Shown one piece after another: positions 63,389 through 64,000 of a DNA stretch of 64,000 nucleotides; the stretch's first letter is position 1, and every line of letters begins with the position of its first letter. The notes beneath the pieces were generated by a model, which made no database searches, was not told the origin of the DNA, and was given only the letters and a program-made list of their open reading frames with translations. This DNA comes from Selaginella moellendorffii. Its lineage: Eukaryota; Plantae; Lycopodiophyta. The translations under genes and the position numbers were made by a program. The stretch is taken from positions 1 through 64,000 of the forward strand of contig NW_003314361.1 in assembly GCF_000143415.4 (NCBI RefSeq), written 5' to 3'.

Positions 63389-64000
63389 CTCCCAGCAATC
63401 CGCCTCTATCCTTCGCTAGAACTGAGATAAAGGCTCCGATACCAAATTGTAAGCCACAAATTTTTCCTTTCCAATTTGCCAGCTTACCTCGTCTATCCGT
63501 CCAACACTGCCTTGGCTTTTGCTAAGTTCCCTTGCCAAGGTTCTCGCCTATGGTACCAGCTCCTACTTGGTTTCAGCTACTCACTGCACGAGCAACAGAG
63601 TGTTAGCCATCCTTCCACGGATTCCCAAATCACTCCCAATCCCCCTCCCCGGGTTAGACTGGACTTAAGGTTCGGCTACACTCCCCGCAGGCACAAGCAG
63701 CCAAGCACACCAAGCTTCCAGGTTCCTAACATCCCTTGGTACCACAAGACTTGATCATGGGACCCTCTAAATCCCAAGTCTTGAGTGCAACACTAGCTTC
63801 GGGACGCCGGGGCGAAACACCGTGGCCTAACGGCCCGGTATGGGTACCTCTCGCCCCCCACTTCCATCCCGAAGGAAGGCCCAAGCCCCTAGGAAGGGCG
63901 AGGACCAATGAGCCGCATGGTACTCAAGTGGGGCACCACTCCACATGAGCCGGGAGCACCGCAATCGGTTTCCCTTTCGGGAGTGGGAGCTGCTCTTGAG

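Larger units (their letters stand above)
57065..64000 (-). mobile_element. Young Ty3/gypsy chromovirus LTR retrotransposon (5' LTR runs off the window)
   Basis: 3' LTR at 57065-58212 (TGTAAG...CTTACA); 5' LTR from 63448 appears identical over the 553 nt visible; PBS TGGTATCGGAGC at 63433-63444; purine-rich tract next to 58213. Confidence 0.96.

Overview
This is a eukaryotic (plant) chromosome end, not a prokaryotic contig. It starts with (CCCTAAA)n. The ALDH21-type remnant, 47-81 nt introns and telomeric Penelope-like pieces point to a lycophyte or bryophyte, most likely Selaginella (inference). (1) 1-6770 is a telomeric retroelement array, all in one orientation, with 5'-truncated units capped by telomere repeats. 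It holds the 3' end of an endonuclease-less Penelope-like element (PLE), two minimal type I hammerhead ribozymes, an L1/Tx1-type LINE and a 1.7-kb non-coding partner. The LINE and the partner insert at the same nucleotide of a 17-bp site in the ribozyme module; an empty site, a perfect TSD and three identical 3' junctions are all visible. (2) 6.8-30 kb is subtelomeric: kinase and ALDH21 remnants, tandem repeats, a duplicated Crinkler-like NTPase-REase gene, and a decayed ParB-like plus beta-class N4/N6 methyltransferase-like gene. (3) 30-54 kb holds two decayed copies of one Ty3/gypsy family. One is split by a 12.8-kb TIR DNA transposon (Sola-like DDD transposase) that carries a ParB/MTase-fold/FCP1-like cargo gene and more than 20 copies of a 20-bp palindrome. 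The other contains a TRIM. (4) 57-64 kb is a very young chromovirus whose integrase-chromodomain frame is interrupted by two tiny GT-AG introns. All family assignments rest on motif recognition by eye; no searches were run.
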